A stretch of DNA of 54,735 nucleotides from Octopus sinensis. Lineage: Eukaryota. Within the stretch, counting starts at the first letter, position 1. Each line of letters begins with the position of its first letter. The stretch lies in the NCBI RefSeq assembly GCF_006345805.1, contig NW_021833812.1, positions 1-54,735 of the forward strand, given 5' to 3'. The notes under the pieces were generated by a model, which saw only the letters and a program-made list of their open reading frames with translations, was not told the origin of the DNA and did no database searches. This document shows, in pieces, positions 11,818 to 24,301 of the stretch. The position numbers were made by a program, and so were the translations under genes.

Positions 11818-12195
11818 GCACTCCGTCGGTTACGACGATGAGGGTTCCGGTTGATCCGACCAACGGAACAGCCTGCTCATGAAATTAACGTGTAAGTGGC
11901 TGAGCACTCCACAGATACGTGTACCCTTAACGTAGTTCTCGGGGATATTCAGCGTGACACAGAGAGTGACAAGGCCGGCCCTTTGAAATACAGGTACAAC
12001 AGAAACAGGAACAAAGAGTGAGAGAAGTCTGTGGTGAAAGAGTACAGCAGGGATCACCACCACCCCCTGCCAGAGCTTCGTGGAGCTTTAGGTGTTTTCG
12101 CTCAATAAACAGTCACAACGCCCGGTCTGGGAATCGAAACCGCGATCCTACGACCGCGAGTCCGCTGCCCTAACCACTGGGCCATTGCGCCTCCA
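11818..12195 (-). mobile_element. Full-length SINE family C
   Basis: Head ggaggcgcaatggcccagtggttagggcagcggactcgcggtcgtaggatcgcggtttcgattccc; 12-bp TSD tccta(a/g)tgttaa. Confidence 0.9.
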
Positions 12196-12218
12196 CTCCT
12201 AGTGTTAAGCAAATGTGG

Positions 12219-12360
12219 TGAACCGGCAGAATCGTTAGCACGTCGAACTAAATGTTTAGCTGCATTATTCTAGCTCTTAGGTTGATTTCAAATCCAACTG
12301 AGGTCACTTTTGCGTTTCTTCCATTTGGAGTCGATAAAATAAAGTACCAGTCAAGTAATT
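12219..12360 (+). mobile_element. Degenerate SINE family A
   Basis: ccggcagaatcgttagcacg...gagtcgataaaataaagtaccag. Confidence 0.7.
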
Positions 12361-12489
12361 CACTTGCCTTCTCCTCTCGAAATTGCTGGCCCTTAATCCT
12401 GCAATGGTTTGGCATCTCAGAAAAATTCGTAACACACCATAAGAGTTCTGGGACTCGAGAACCTAAAAATATAAAATTAAAATAGAGAG

Positions 12490-12945
12490 GAAATAGGAAT
12501 GGCAGTGTGGTAAGAAGCTTGCTTACCAACCACATGGTTCCAGGTTCAGTCCCAATGCATGGTATCTTGGGCAAGTGTCTTCTACTCTGGGCATGGGGAC
12601 AACCAAAGCCCTGTGAGTGGATTTGCTAGACGGACACTGAAAGACGCCCGTCGTACATATGTATATATGTGTGTGTGTGTGTGTGTGTGGTTATGTGTGT
12701 GTGTGTTTGTGTGTGTGTGTGCGTGTGTGTGTTTGTATTCGCGTGTCTGTTTTTGTCTCCCACCATCGCTTGATAACTGATGTTGGTGTGTTTACGCTCC
12801 CGTAACCTAGCGGTTTGGCAAAGACACCGATAGAATAAGTACTAGGCTTACAAAAACTAACTCGTGAGGTCGATTTGTTCGACTAAAGGCGATACTCCAG
12901 TATGGTCGCAGTCAAATGACTGAAAGAATTAAAAGAATAAAAGAA
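12490..12945 (+). mobile_element. CORE-type SINE family B (OR2-like) with internal (TG)n
   Basis: ggcagtgtggtaagaagcttgcttaccaaccacatggttccaggttcagtccc...ttgggcaagtgtcttc (CORE-like)...gactaaaggcgatactccagtatggtcgcagtcaaatgactgaa. Confidence 0.85.
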
Positions 12946-13021
12946 AGAATATATGTATATACATACATATATATATATATGTGTGTGCGTGTTGTGTGTG
13001 TGTGTGTATGTGTGTGTGTGA

Positions 13022-13320
13022 AAGCGCGTGGCTTAGTGGTTAGAGCATTCGACTCACTATTGTAAGGTCGAGAGTTCAATTCTCAGCGACGCGTTGAGCA
13101 AGACACTTTGAGCAACGCAGCTGGCAAAATTGAGTTGTACCTGAATTTCAAAGGAGCCAGCCTTGTAATATCCTGTGTGACGCTGGACCACCCTGAGAAC
13201 AATGTTAAGGCTGCATGTGTCTATGGAGTACTCAGCCACTTGCACGTTAGTTTCACGATCAGACTTTCCCGTTGATTTTATCAGCCGGGACCCTAAACGT
13301 CGTAAGCGACGAAGTACTCC
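13022..13320 (+). mobile_element. tRNA/CORE-like SINE sharing the 3' tail of family C
   Basis: gcgcgtggcttagtggttagagc...gagttcaattc...ttgagcaagacac. The tail ...cagccacttgcacgttagtttcacg...cgtcgtaagcgacgaagtactcc matches 11818-12000. Confidence 0.8.
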
Positions 13321-13747
13321 TTATATATATATATATATATATATATGCATATATACATAGATACATACATATATGTACATACATATATGTGTGTATACAT
13401 ATGCATATATTGGCACAGGACGACATAAAACGTAAAGTACATGAAATAAAAAAAAACATGGAAAACAAACTTTCTGCGAATAATGAAAGAAACAAATGGA
13501 AAACGAGACGAGTAACATAAAGAACGACTCTTCATCAGTTGTCGGCTGTTTCGACTCCACATTTCGAGCAATTACGACAAAATGTGTCTTCGACAAAACA
13601 GTTGCTCCTGCAAAGCAAAATAAAATTTGGGATTTGCGGAAGGTCAAAGTTCGGAACAAAACAGGTTAGTGAACATACAGTAAAGACTGCGAAGCCATAA
13701 CGAGGTGAGGTGACGAACGCTATATTTATTATATATATAATATATAT

Positions 13748-13791
<44 letters not shown>

Positions 13792-14034
13792 AAAAAGGAG
13801 ATGTGGAACACGAGTTGTGATATATAAAAAAAGGAAATGAAGAAATGCTGACAAATAATTTAAGTAAGGGAGAGTGTATTTAATTAGGTGAAAGTTCTTT
13901 TTTTTTAAACAAAAAAAGAGAAAATTGGGTTAGAATACAATGTCATTTTTGTGAATGATTTCAGTGTATTAGAAAAAAGTAAGAGTCTTTTACAGTGTTC
14001 TGTTTAGTAAAAGCGTGTAATCACCCAGATATTA

Positions 14035-15780
14035 ACACCATGACATGTCTGTTTCTACCTTTTTGTTGTGAATTTTAATGAGGATGTCGAGGAAGGGAAT
14101 TTGTTGAGGGCTGTATTCCATTGTGAAAATGATGTTTGTGTTGAGCCCATTTATAAGGGTGTGAAATTCTTTAAGCTTCTCGATGGTTTCGGGCCAAAGG
14201 ATGAAGCAGTTATCAAGATATCTCTTCCAGTTCTTCTCTATGTGTGTGTGGAGAGTAGTGCCAAATTGGTTAAGAACGTTATTATAGAGGGTGATTTCCA
14301 GGTATCCCATGACTAGGTTGGCGTAAGTGGGAGCTGTTTTCGTTCCCATTACCGTCCCTGATTTCTGTCTGTAGAATTTGTTTGTTGAAGGTGAAGAAAG
14401 TATCTCTAAGATGAATTTGAGTCCTTCTAAAATAAATTCCTTTTTGATGCGGTGTGGGAGTTCGTTGAGTAATTATCCAGCCAGAATGGATAGCTTCTAT
14501 TCCTAGGTTGTGGGGGATGTTGGAGTAAAGATTACTACATCGAATGTTACTAGCCAGGGTTTGTTCAGCAGAAGTGTATTGGGGAGGGGTTGAGCATATC
14601 TAGATCGTCCCTTATGTAGCTTTTAATGTGTTTTGAGGAGGGCTTAAGAAGGGTATCAATGAAGTTGCTAAGGCGGTGGGTTTCGCAAGCGGGACCTGCT
14701 ATTATAGGTCCAATTTGAGGTCATTTGGTGAGGGGACATTGATTACAGAGTTTGTGGCTTCCTTGCATGCCTTACTTATTAATTCGCTTTTATGAATTTT
14801 GGGAATACCGTAGAAGAGGCTGGTTTTACTAGTGAAATTTGTGATGAAGTTGAATTCTTTGTTAGTTGTTCTTCTTTGTGGGGGTTGATCAGGGTTTTTA
14901 AGTTTCTCATAATTTTCTGTTGATTGTAGTGTTCAGCCTTTTCGTAATATGTTCCATTTTCCAAGGTGGAGAGTGCTAATTGTATAGTATTCTGTCTCCA
15001 TTAAGACTACTGCACTTCCTTTGTCGGCCTCTTTAATGGTGATAGATCTTTCATTTTTTAATTTGTTTAATTCTTCCCACTCTTTCTTGTTGAGGTTTGG
15101 TTTGGGTTTTGGTTTGTGTAAGTGTTGGTAAGGGAAGTTTGTAATGTGCTCACAGAATTCGTCTAGGATTTTATTTCTACCTTTTGGTGGGATGTAGTTG
15201 CTTTTATTTCTAGCTAGTGACTCATCCTCATTGTGCTGGTCGAATAGCTCCTCACTAAGTCGTAATTTTCTACAAAATTCTGTAATGTCCTCCTTCATTT
15301 CGTAGTAGTTTGGACGTGGGGGGGGTGAATTTAAGACCTTTGGAGAGTAAGTTGAGAAGGTTGGGGTTGGGTTCTGTATTGGTTAAATTGATGACTTTAA
15401 TTAGTTTCTGTTTCTCTTTCCTGTCCTGTGTTATTTTGTTTGCCTGTATCTGTGTGCTGTGTCTAAAAAATGGTTGGGGTAGAGGGGTTGTCTGTTGGTG
15501 TTAAGAGGTCCTGTGTGTTTGTTATATTCCTTGTTGTGAAATATGGTTCGGGTTCGTGGTTGTGGATAGAATGGGGTGTTCCTGTATTGCGGGTTTTGGT
15601 GTGTTTCTTTGTGTCATGTTGGATTGTGGTGATATGAGTGGCCTACGTGGGTGCTTGTATCGAGTGGTAGGGGCTTGTTGTGTATTGTGAGAGTTGAGAA
15701 AGTGAAAATGGAGAGAGAATGGAAATAAAACGGTGCGAGAAAAAAAAACAGTGTACAGTTCAGTGGTCCAAAATGGCACA
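14035..15780 (-). mobile_element. Penelope-like element, frameshifted N-terminus plus reverse transcriptase, truncated after the RT core
   Basis: LLSKGLKFTP, ITIKEADKGSAVV, PIIAGP, MGTKTAPTYANLVMG, WKRYLDN(D) and IPFLDILI are diagnostic PLE RT motifs. Confidence 0.9.
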
Positions 15781-15843
<63 letters not shown>

Positions 15844-16630
15844 GTATATATATATATATATATACAATCAATAAACAATATGTATGTAAAAATAGGGAAT
15901 TAATTTTCATGTACCTTGTACTTATAAAGATACTCTAGCGAAAGGCTTCCGCTCAGTTTCCATCCATCTTACAAACTTAACTCACAAAACTTGGTATCCA
16001 TTTCAATAGAAATGAAACACCAACTAAATCCATAAGGTGCTCAGCAAAAGAACATAACTTGAACGCATGAACCACACCACAGTACACGGCTTTACCCTGC
16101 ATCAGTCTAAAACAATTTTAAAAGATTAAGTTTAAATTTATTTCTACAATTTTGATGAGAGTTTCAATTAGTTAATGTCTTTTCACCCATGAGACTGGGC
16201 TTCATCAGCGAGGCAATTTTCTTTATTACTTCAACTCAGTGAACTTCGAGTCATTCAGATTCCTAGGATAAATTACTAACATACAAATTAATGTACAGAT
16301 TAGCTGATCGTTTAATATAGAGACACCATTTTCTAAAATGAAGTCTGCATTAAAAAAACAATCTATTCATAATTTAAAGGACATATACATTAAGTACATT
16401 TAGTAAATCTATAGGTGTATATATGTATGTATATATGTTATATATATATATATAAGCAATAATAACTGCACACCACACACATATATATATAAAGATATAT
16501 ATATATATGTATATAATTATACATATATATATGCATATATATATACATACATACATGTACTCACACACACACATATATGTATATATCTATATATCTATGT
16601 ATATGTATACATTATATATATATATATATA

Positions 16631-16706
<76 letters not shown>

Positions 16707-16937
16707 ATATACATATATTCATACATGCGTATATAAATACTTATACAATATACATATTTTTTAAGTACTTATATGTGTTTTCACATACTAATTAAAATTA
16801 CTTTTATTGAAATCAAATTAATGTTGATCTAGATTACAGTAAAATTTTATATATAAATACATACATGCACAGACGTATAGTTATACATGCTAACATATAC
16901 AGACACAACATAAATTCATGTACACAACATATATATA

Positions 16938-16987
<50 letters not shown>

Positions 16988-17009
16988 GAGAGAAATGAAA
17001 GAGGAGCAC

Positions 17010-17318
17010 TCCGTTGATTACGGCGCCGAAGGTCCCAGCTGATACGGAATAGCTTGCGCGTGTAATTAACGTTCAAGTGGCTGTGTACACCACAGATACA
17101 TGTACCCTTAACATAGTTATCAGTGAGATTCCCCGTGATACAGAATGTGACAAAGCCGGCCCTTTGAAATACAGGTACTAGTAATTTTGTCAGTTGAGTA
17201 CACTGGCGCAACGTGAAATAAAGTGTCTTGCTCAAGGATACAGTGCGTCGCCGGGAATTGAACTCACGATCTTACGATCGTGAAAGGAATGCCCTAACCA
17301 CTAAGCCCACGCGCCTTC
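17010..17318 (-). mobile_element. tRNA/CORE-like SINE (same family as 13022-13320)
   Basis: gtgtcttgctcaagg, ccgggaattgaactcacg, cctaaccactaagcccacgcgccttc. Confidence 0.8.
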
Positions 17319-17367
17319 ACATACATACACAACCACACACACACACACAGCACACACACACACACAC

Positions 17368-17416
<49 letters not shown>

Positions 17417-17775
17417 TATATATATACAACTCATAAGTTTATATGTGTGTAAGATACATATTCTTGGTATACATATATTTATATATCTATATATGTGCAT
17501 AAATGTATATGTATGTGATTGTGTGTGTGCGTACGTGTATGAGTGTATGTATGTATGTATGTATGATGTAAATTTGTCTTCCAGAAAAAATGTCATTGTT
17601 TATCACCATATTTGCCATTAACTGCAAGTGACAGACATTTAGTAAAACAAATTCCATTGGCCAATCAAATCGCTGCAAACACTAGACCAAGTCATATTAT
17701 ATTCGCAGGGAATAAGTGCAAAAATATTCAATTCGTGGACCACCAAAATTCCAACTCCATATAAAGTATGTGGCG

Positions 17776-17866
17776 CATAATAATAATAATAATATAATAA
17801 TAATAATAATAATATAATAATATAATAATAATAATAAATAATTATGATTATAAAATAATAATAATA

Positions 17867-17898
<32 letters not shown>

Positions 17899-17911
17899 TA
17901 ATAATAATATA

Positions 17912-17950
<39 letters not shown>

Positions 17951-17967
17951 TGATGATAATAATAATA

Positions 17968-18007
<40 letters not shown>

Positions 18008-18209
18008 TAATAATGATGATGATAATAATAATAATAATAATAATAATAATATAATAATTGAAATAATAATATAATATAATAATAATAATAATAGATAATA
18101 TAATAATAATAATAATAATGATGATGATAATAATAATAATAATAATAATAATCTAATAATAATAATAATAATATAATAATGATGATGATGATAATAATAA
18201 TATAAAATA

Positions 18210-18242
<33 letters not shown>

Positions 18243-18332
18243 GAAATAATGATGATAATAATATAATAATAATAATAATAATAATAATATAATAATAATA
18301 ATAATGATGATAATAATAATAATAATAATATG

Positions 18333-18369
<37 letters not shown>

Positions 18370-18600
18370 TGATAATAATAATAATAATATAAATAATAAT
18401 AATTTATAATAATAATATGATAATGATAATAATAATAATAATAATAATGATATGATGATGATGATGATGATATGATGATAATAATATAATGATGATAATA
18501 ATAATGATAATAATAATATAATAATAATAATATAATAATAATAATGATGAATAAGAATAATAATAATAATTGTAATAATAATAAAATACTATAAAATAAC
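17776..18600. repeat. Long (AAT)n/(GAT)n imperfect microsatellite
   Basis: Direct reading. Confidence 0.95.
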
Positions 18601-18919
18601 CACATAGGATGCAAAAATATCTACTTCAGAAGGAAGGAAACCTGATCCATATAGCGGCACAAACACGAACAAAACAAAAAATGTTCTCAGTATTTAAGGA
18701 ATGAATAATACAAACAATAATAATAATAAACAATAATACATAATAACCCTAATAAACACGAAGAAAGAGGCAAGAAGAAGAAATGAAGAAGAAGAAGACA
18801 GAAAAGAACAAGAAAAGAAGAAGAAGAAGAAGAAGAAGAAGAAGAAGAAGAAGAAGAAGAATACAAAAAGAAAAGAAGAAGAAGAAGAGAAGAAGAAGAA
18901 GAAGAAGAAGAATAAGAAA

Positions 18920-19843
18920 CAACAAAAGCTTAAAACAAATGAAATCCAAACTAAAATAGAACAGCAACGAACCATGATAAAACGATGGCAACACAAAGCC
19001 CCTCATGGTAAATACTGGACTAAACTAAACGCAAAAGAAATAGACGAAGAAAAATCCCAGCAATGGTTGAGAAGCTCAGGACTCAAAGCAGAACAGAGGG
19101 ATTTTAATTGCAGCACAAGACCAAAGCCTCCCCACCAGAAATTACCAAAAACATGTAATGAAAAGAAATATTACAAGTAACTGCAGAATATGTGGAGATG
19201 GACATGAAACAATAAATCATATTATCTCTAGCTGCCCAGTCCTGGCTAAGAAGGATATATTCACAACATGACAGAGTTGGAACCACATACATTGGAAGCT
19301 ATTCCAACATTATGGAATAACAACAGAAAAAAGATGGTATGGGCACGCACCAGAAAAGGTCACAGAAAACGCGAAAGCAACCATACTCTGGGATATGCCG
19401 ATACCACCGATAGAGAAATTAAGGCCAACAGACCAATATAGTTGTCAGAGATCATGAAGAAAAAAAATGCTTTCTAATTGATGTATCAATACCGGCTGAT
19501 GACAGCGTGTCTCTAAAAGAAATGGAGAAACTCTCAAAATACAAAGACCTGGAAATAGAGGTAACTAGAATGTTGAATCTGAAAACAGAAACAATTCCTA
19601 TCATAGTAGGTGCATTAGGCATGATAAAAAGATATTCAGACAAATACATAACAAAAACACCAGAACTTACAACACAATATAAATACAGAAAATTGCACTA
19701 CTAGGCACTGCACACATCCTACGCAGAACACTTTCCATACAATAACCATCAGAGCATCACAACAATCACAGCACATACCCAAGGCACACAGAGCTGCGCT
19801 CGGTAGTGAAGTGAAAGCACGCTATAAAAATAAAACTACTGAA
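18920..19843 (+). mobile_element. 3' end of an R4/Dong-clade LINE (CCHC zinc knuckle, restriction-like endonuclease, 3' UTR, (AAT)n tail)
   Basis: HGKY, QWLRSSGLKAE, CRICGDGHETINHIISSCP, KANRP, FLIDVSIP, EKLSKYKDLEIEV, PIIVGALG and ALLGTAHILRRTLSIQ* (stop at 19743-19745). Confidence 0.9.
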
Positions 19844-19964
19844 TAATAATAATAATAATAATAATGATAATAATAATAATAATAATAATAATAATATATA
19901 TAATAAAATACTAATAATAATACAACAGCAATAGGTGTTGGTTGGTACCTAATTCAGATATCAG

Positions 19965-20248
19965 GGAACCCAGTGATGTATAATAACATCAGATAACGTT
20001 CAAGTGGTTGAGCACTCCACAGAAGTATGTACCTTTTCACATACTTCTCAAGGAGATTCAGTGTGACGAGGCTGACCCTTTTTTGAAATACAGGTACTTC
20101 TCATTTTCGTTTTTGTCAGCTAAGTGGACTGGAGAACTGTGAAATAAAGTGTCTTGATATCAAGGACACAACACGCTGCCAAGAATCGAACTCGCCACCC
20201 TACGATCGCGAGCTGAATACCCTAACCACTAAGCCACACGCCTTCACA
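19965..20248 (-). mobile_element. tRNA/CORE-like SINE (same family as 13022-13320)
   Basis: gaatcgaactcg, cctaaccactaagccacacgccttc. Confidence 0.75.
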
Positions 20249-20884
20249 CACACACACACACACACACTCAAATATATACATACATACATACATACATACA
20301 TACACATGTGTATATGGGCTTGTGTATATATATGAATTGGATATATATATAATATCAAAATGTACATATACATACATACGCAAACAGTTACATACATGTA
20401 TGTATATATACATACATACATACATACATATATATATATATCATGTGGATCATTATTGTGAAAACATAGAAATAATTGGAGTTTTTTTTTTTTTTTCATT
20501 ATTTCAAGAATATGAAGACAGCTTAAGCCATAACCTTAAGTCAACAGACAAACAACCAATAAATCGGCTAGGATAATCCTCGATTATCGATGAACTTCAC
20601 CGCCATTTCTGTAATAACCTATGTCTTAAAATAAAAACACCAGCAAAGCAAAAATACAAAACAAAAATGCAAGAAAAAAAGTGACATTTCATTAAAATAA
20701 GAAATTCTGAGAGGGTAACAGCTGTTAACATATGTCCGCTTCCTTTATCATCTTCCATGAATATCAAATTATCTGTCAGTACTTATCATTAAAAGACTCC
20801 ATTATACAGTTTCACGTTACGAAATAGGTTGGTAGTAGTTGAAATACTTTTCGTATTAATGAAATAAAATGCATCTGTGAATTT

Positions 20885-21096
20885 TATTCTCTTTTATTCT
20901 TTTACTGGTTTCAGTCATTTGACAGTAACCATGCTGGAGCACCACCTTTAGTCGAGAACAAATCGACCCCAGAACTTATTCTTTCTAAGCCTAGTACTTA
21001 GCTGTTCGGCAAAAAAGACCGATAGAATAAGTTACAGAAATATAAACACACCAGCATCGGTTGTCAAGCGATGTTGAGGGGACAGAGACACACAAA

Positions 21097-21135
<39 letters not shown>

Positions 21136-21320
21136 TTATACATATATATATATATATATAAAATATACGACGGGCTTCTTTCAGTTTCCGTCTACTAAAT
21201 CCACTCACAAGGCTTTGATCGGCCCGAGGCTATAGTAGAAGACATTTGCCTAAGCTGCCACGCAGTGGGACTGAACCCGGAACCATGTGCTTGGTAAGCA
21301 AGCTACTTACCACACAGCCT
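20885..21320 (-). mobile_element. CORE-type SINE family B
   Basis: ttcagtcatttgac...catgctggagcaccaccttta and tttcagtttccgtctactaaatccactcacaaggctttg. Confidence 0.85.
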
Positions 21321-22113
21321 GGACATTAATTGTTAATTATTAATAATAAATAAATCATGTTGGTTTCGTTTCGTTTTATTTTCCTTAAGATTCAGATTTT
21401 GTTTTATTTTGAGGTTTCATTATTTTTTTTCTCGGTGTGTGTGGGGGTGGCGGGAAAGTTTTATTTTGGGAAGTTAATTGTAAAGGTCAGTCCATTGGTT
21501 TTTAATGGCCATGGCGCTGTCGCTGATTTTTCTTTTTTTTTTTTTTGTTATGCCGTCTTTCTTTTGATCCAAACATGCTGTTAATATCCCAGGCGATTCT
21601 GTCTTCCAATTTATTCCATACTGCTACTACTACTACTACTATTAACAACAACAACAACAATAATAATATTACTGTTGCTGCTACTACAACCACTAGTACC
21701 GCTGCTCTGGCTGCTGCAGCTTCTACTACTACTACTACTACAGCTGCTGCAGTTATTGTTGCTCTCTTTCTCTCTCACTATCAATTTATACTTCTATTCT
21801 GTTTTCCTTTTGTCATCTCTTATTTGCCCCCCCCTCTCTCTCTTCCTCTATCTGCATATCTATCTACCTATCTATCTATATGTTGCTCTTTCTTTACTTC
21901 TCTCTCCGCTATTTTTACTTCTCTTCATCTTCCTTGTCTCTCTCTCTCTCTCTCTCTTTCTTACAGTTTTTCTTTCTTCTCCCCTTCTTTACCTCGCTTT
22001 GGCTATGACTCTTAGCTTTAAATGTCTCTCTACTCTCCTATTCTTGTCTTCCTCTTTCCTCTCTTTCTCTCTTTTTCTCTGTTTAACTCACTATTTTTCT
22101 TTTATATACTACG

Positions 22114-22344
22114 GTGCAACGATCAAACACGTACCTGGCCTAATATTTACGAAGTGCATTCAAGCTCTGGGTTCCATCTCACCGCCATGCCAAGGACTGA
22201 TGGAAAGTATGCGCAATCTCCATTGTCAAAGGGTCCAGAAAAACTGTTTAAACTAATCTATTGTCGCATAAAGCTTCTAGTAATCCTCTATAGATTATTT
22301 GACTTGTATTCCGGCACATTACATTGGCCAACTGGCTGTGTGAG
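22114..22344 (+). other. Candidate 231-nt coding exon of an unidentified gene
   Basis: A stop-free 77-codon frame in unique sequence, with a strong donor GAG|GTGAGT at 22345 and a long polypyrimidine tract upstream. The acceptor reads CG rather than AG. Confidence 0.3.
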
Positions 22345-22944
22345 GTGAGTCTCTGGCAACAGCCAAGTTGCCAAACATTCAACAACTGGAAATACTCGAA
22401 ATCTTTGAAAAGTCCAAGTGTGAGTCAAGCTCTTGGAGAGACTTGGACTCCATGTCAAGTGCGAGTGTGAGAGTCAAGTCCTTCTTGGAGAGACTTGGAT
22501 TCCTTGAATTCCGGGTCTCTCGGATTCCGAGTCTCTCCAGGAACTTGACTTGAGTCAAGTTCTTTTTCGAGACACTCAGACTCCTTGAAAAGTCTGAGTG
22601 TGAGTTAAGTTCCTCCGTGGAGAGACACGGATTTCTTGAAATGTCCGAATGTAATTCATGTTCTCATCAAACAATATCATGATGAATGGTTTCTGACAAA
22701 ATTAAAGTTTATTCAAGTTTATGGCGTATATTTCAATCATTAGACTGCGACCATGCTGTGACACTGTCTTGCAGTACTTATTTATTAAACCCGGCTCTTA
22801 TTCTATGGGTCTCTTTTGCTAAGCCGATAAGTTACAAAGACGTAAGCACTACCACCTGCGCTCAAGGAGTGGTGGGGTTCTAACACAGACATAAATACAC
22901 ACACGCGCACACAGAGGTACACACACACTCAAGCATATATACAC

Positions 22945-23099
22945 AGAAGTGCCTGTGTGGTAAAAGGCTTGCATCTCAACCACACAATTCCAGGTTCAGT
23001 CCCACTGCGTGACACCTTGGCAAGTGTCTTCTACGATAGCCTCGGGTCGACCAAAGCCTTGTGAGTGGATCGGTCGAGGAAGCTGAGAGAAGCTTGTCG

Positions 23100-23138
<39 letters not shown>

Positions 23139-23389
23139 ATATATATATATATTATATATATATATGTATGTATGTATGTATCTATGTATCTATGTATGTA
23201 TTCATGAGTCTGTTTTTCCCCAGCATCGCTTGACAACTGATAATGGTGTGGTTACGTCTCTGTAATTTAGTGGTTCGGCAAAAGAATAAGTACTAGGCTT
23301 ACAAAGAATAAATTCTGGGGTGGATTTGTTCGACTAAAGGCGGTACTCCAGCATGGCCGCAGTAGGGTGATTGAAACAAGTAAAAGAAT
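22945..23389 (+). mobile_element. CORE-type SINE family B
   Basis: ccaggttcagtcccactgcgtgacaccttggcaagtgtcttc...gactaaaggcggtactccagcatggccgcag. Confidence 0.85.
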
Positions 23390-23589
23390 ATATGTAAAGG
23401 GATTCATTTAGTTTCCCTCTACCAGATACATTCACAAGGCTTTGTTCGGCCTGAGGCTATAGCAGAAGACACTCGCCTTCGATGCCACGCCGTGGATCTG
23501 AACCCGAAACCACTCAATCATATCAACTCAATACTTGACTGCTCCTTTTTTTTTGCCTTGTATTCAATCCCTTGTTTTGTATTCTTTTC

Positions 23590-23768
23590 TACTCAAGGCA
23601 CAAGGTCCGAAATTTTTGAGTAGGGGGCCAGTCGATTATATCGACCCCAGTATGCAACTGGTACTTAATTCATCACCCCAAAAGGATAAAAGGCAAAGTC
23701 AACCTCGGAGCATTTTAACTCAGAACGTAAAGACACGAGATACCACTAAGCATTTCGCCCGGCGTGCC
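23590..23768 (-). mobile_element. SINE family A
   Basis: gtcgattatatcgaccccagtatgcaactggtac...aaggcaaagtcaacctcgg. Confidence 0.8.
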
Positions 23769-24256
23769 CTTGCTTTGTATTCACCCCAATTTGCGACGCT
23801 ATCACGACACGCGGCGTGTTATCAGCAGTGATTATCTCCATCCAGGTTTGACTAAACCCGATTTCTTCTGGTGAAAACGAGAAATAGAATGAAAAGAAGA
23901 CACATACAAGCTGAGGAATGAAACAGGGAAATATATATAGAGAGAAGGAGCAACGTTGTCCTTTTAAGACTGATCTCAACCCATTGGGAATTCCGGCCAG
24001 CTTATATCTTTCCACGTGTTAAATTGCAAAAGTTCATAGGGAACATTAGTATTGATTTCGCATTTAACGTAAGGACAGAAAGGGCTGTGGGCAATGCCAC
24101 TTCTTTCAGACCCCGACCCAGCTAGTTTATATATGTCTATATATGTGTGTATGTGTGTGTGTGTATCTATCAATATATGTGTGTATGTTTGTGGTTGTTT
24201 ATATGTATGTATATATAACATTGTATATATATACATATATATAGATATGTGTATAT

Positions 24257-24301
<45 letters not shown>

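Noticed and set aside
11469-12195. tRNA genes
   Set aside because: The A/B-box heads continue directly into SINE bodies and no complete cloverleaf is evident.
13520-13555. GAAAC...CTGATGA motif (also at 40901-40922) as a type II hammerhead
   Set aside because: Only 8-9 nt lie between the halves, leaving no room for stem I, and the flanks do not pair as stem II.
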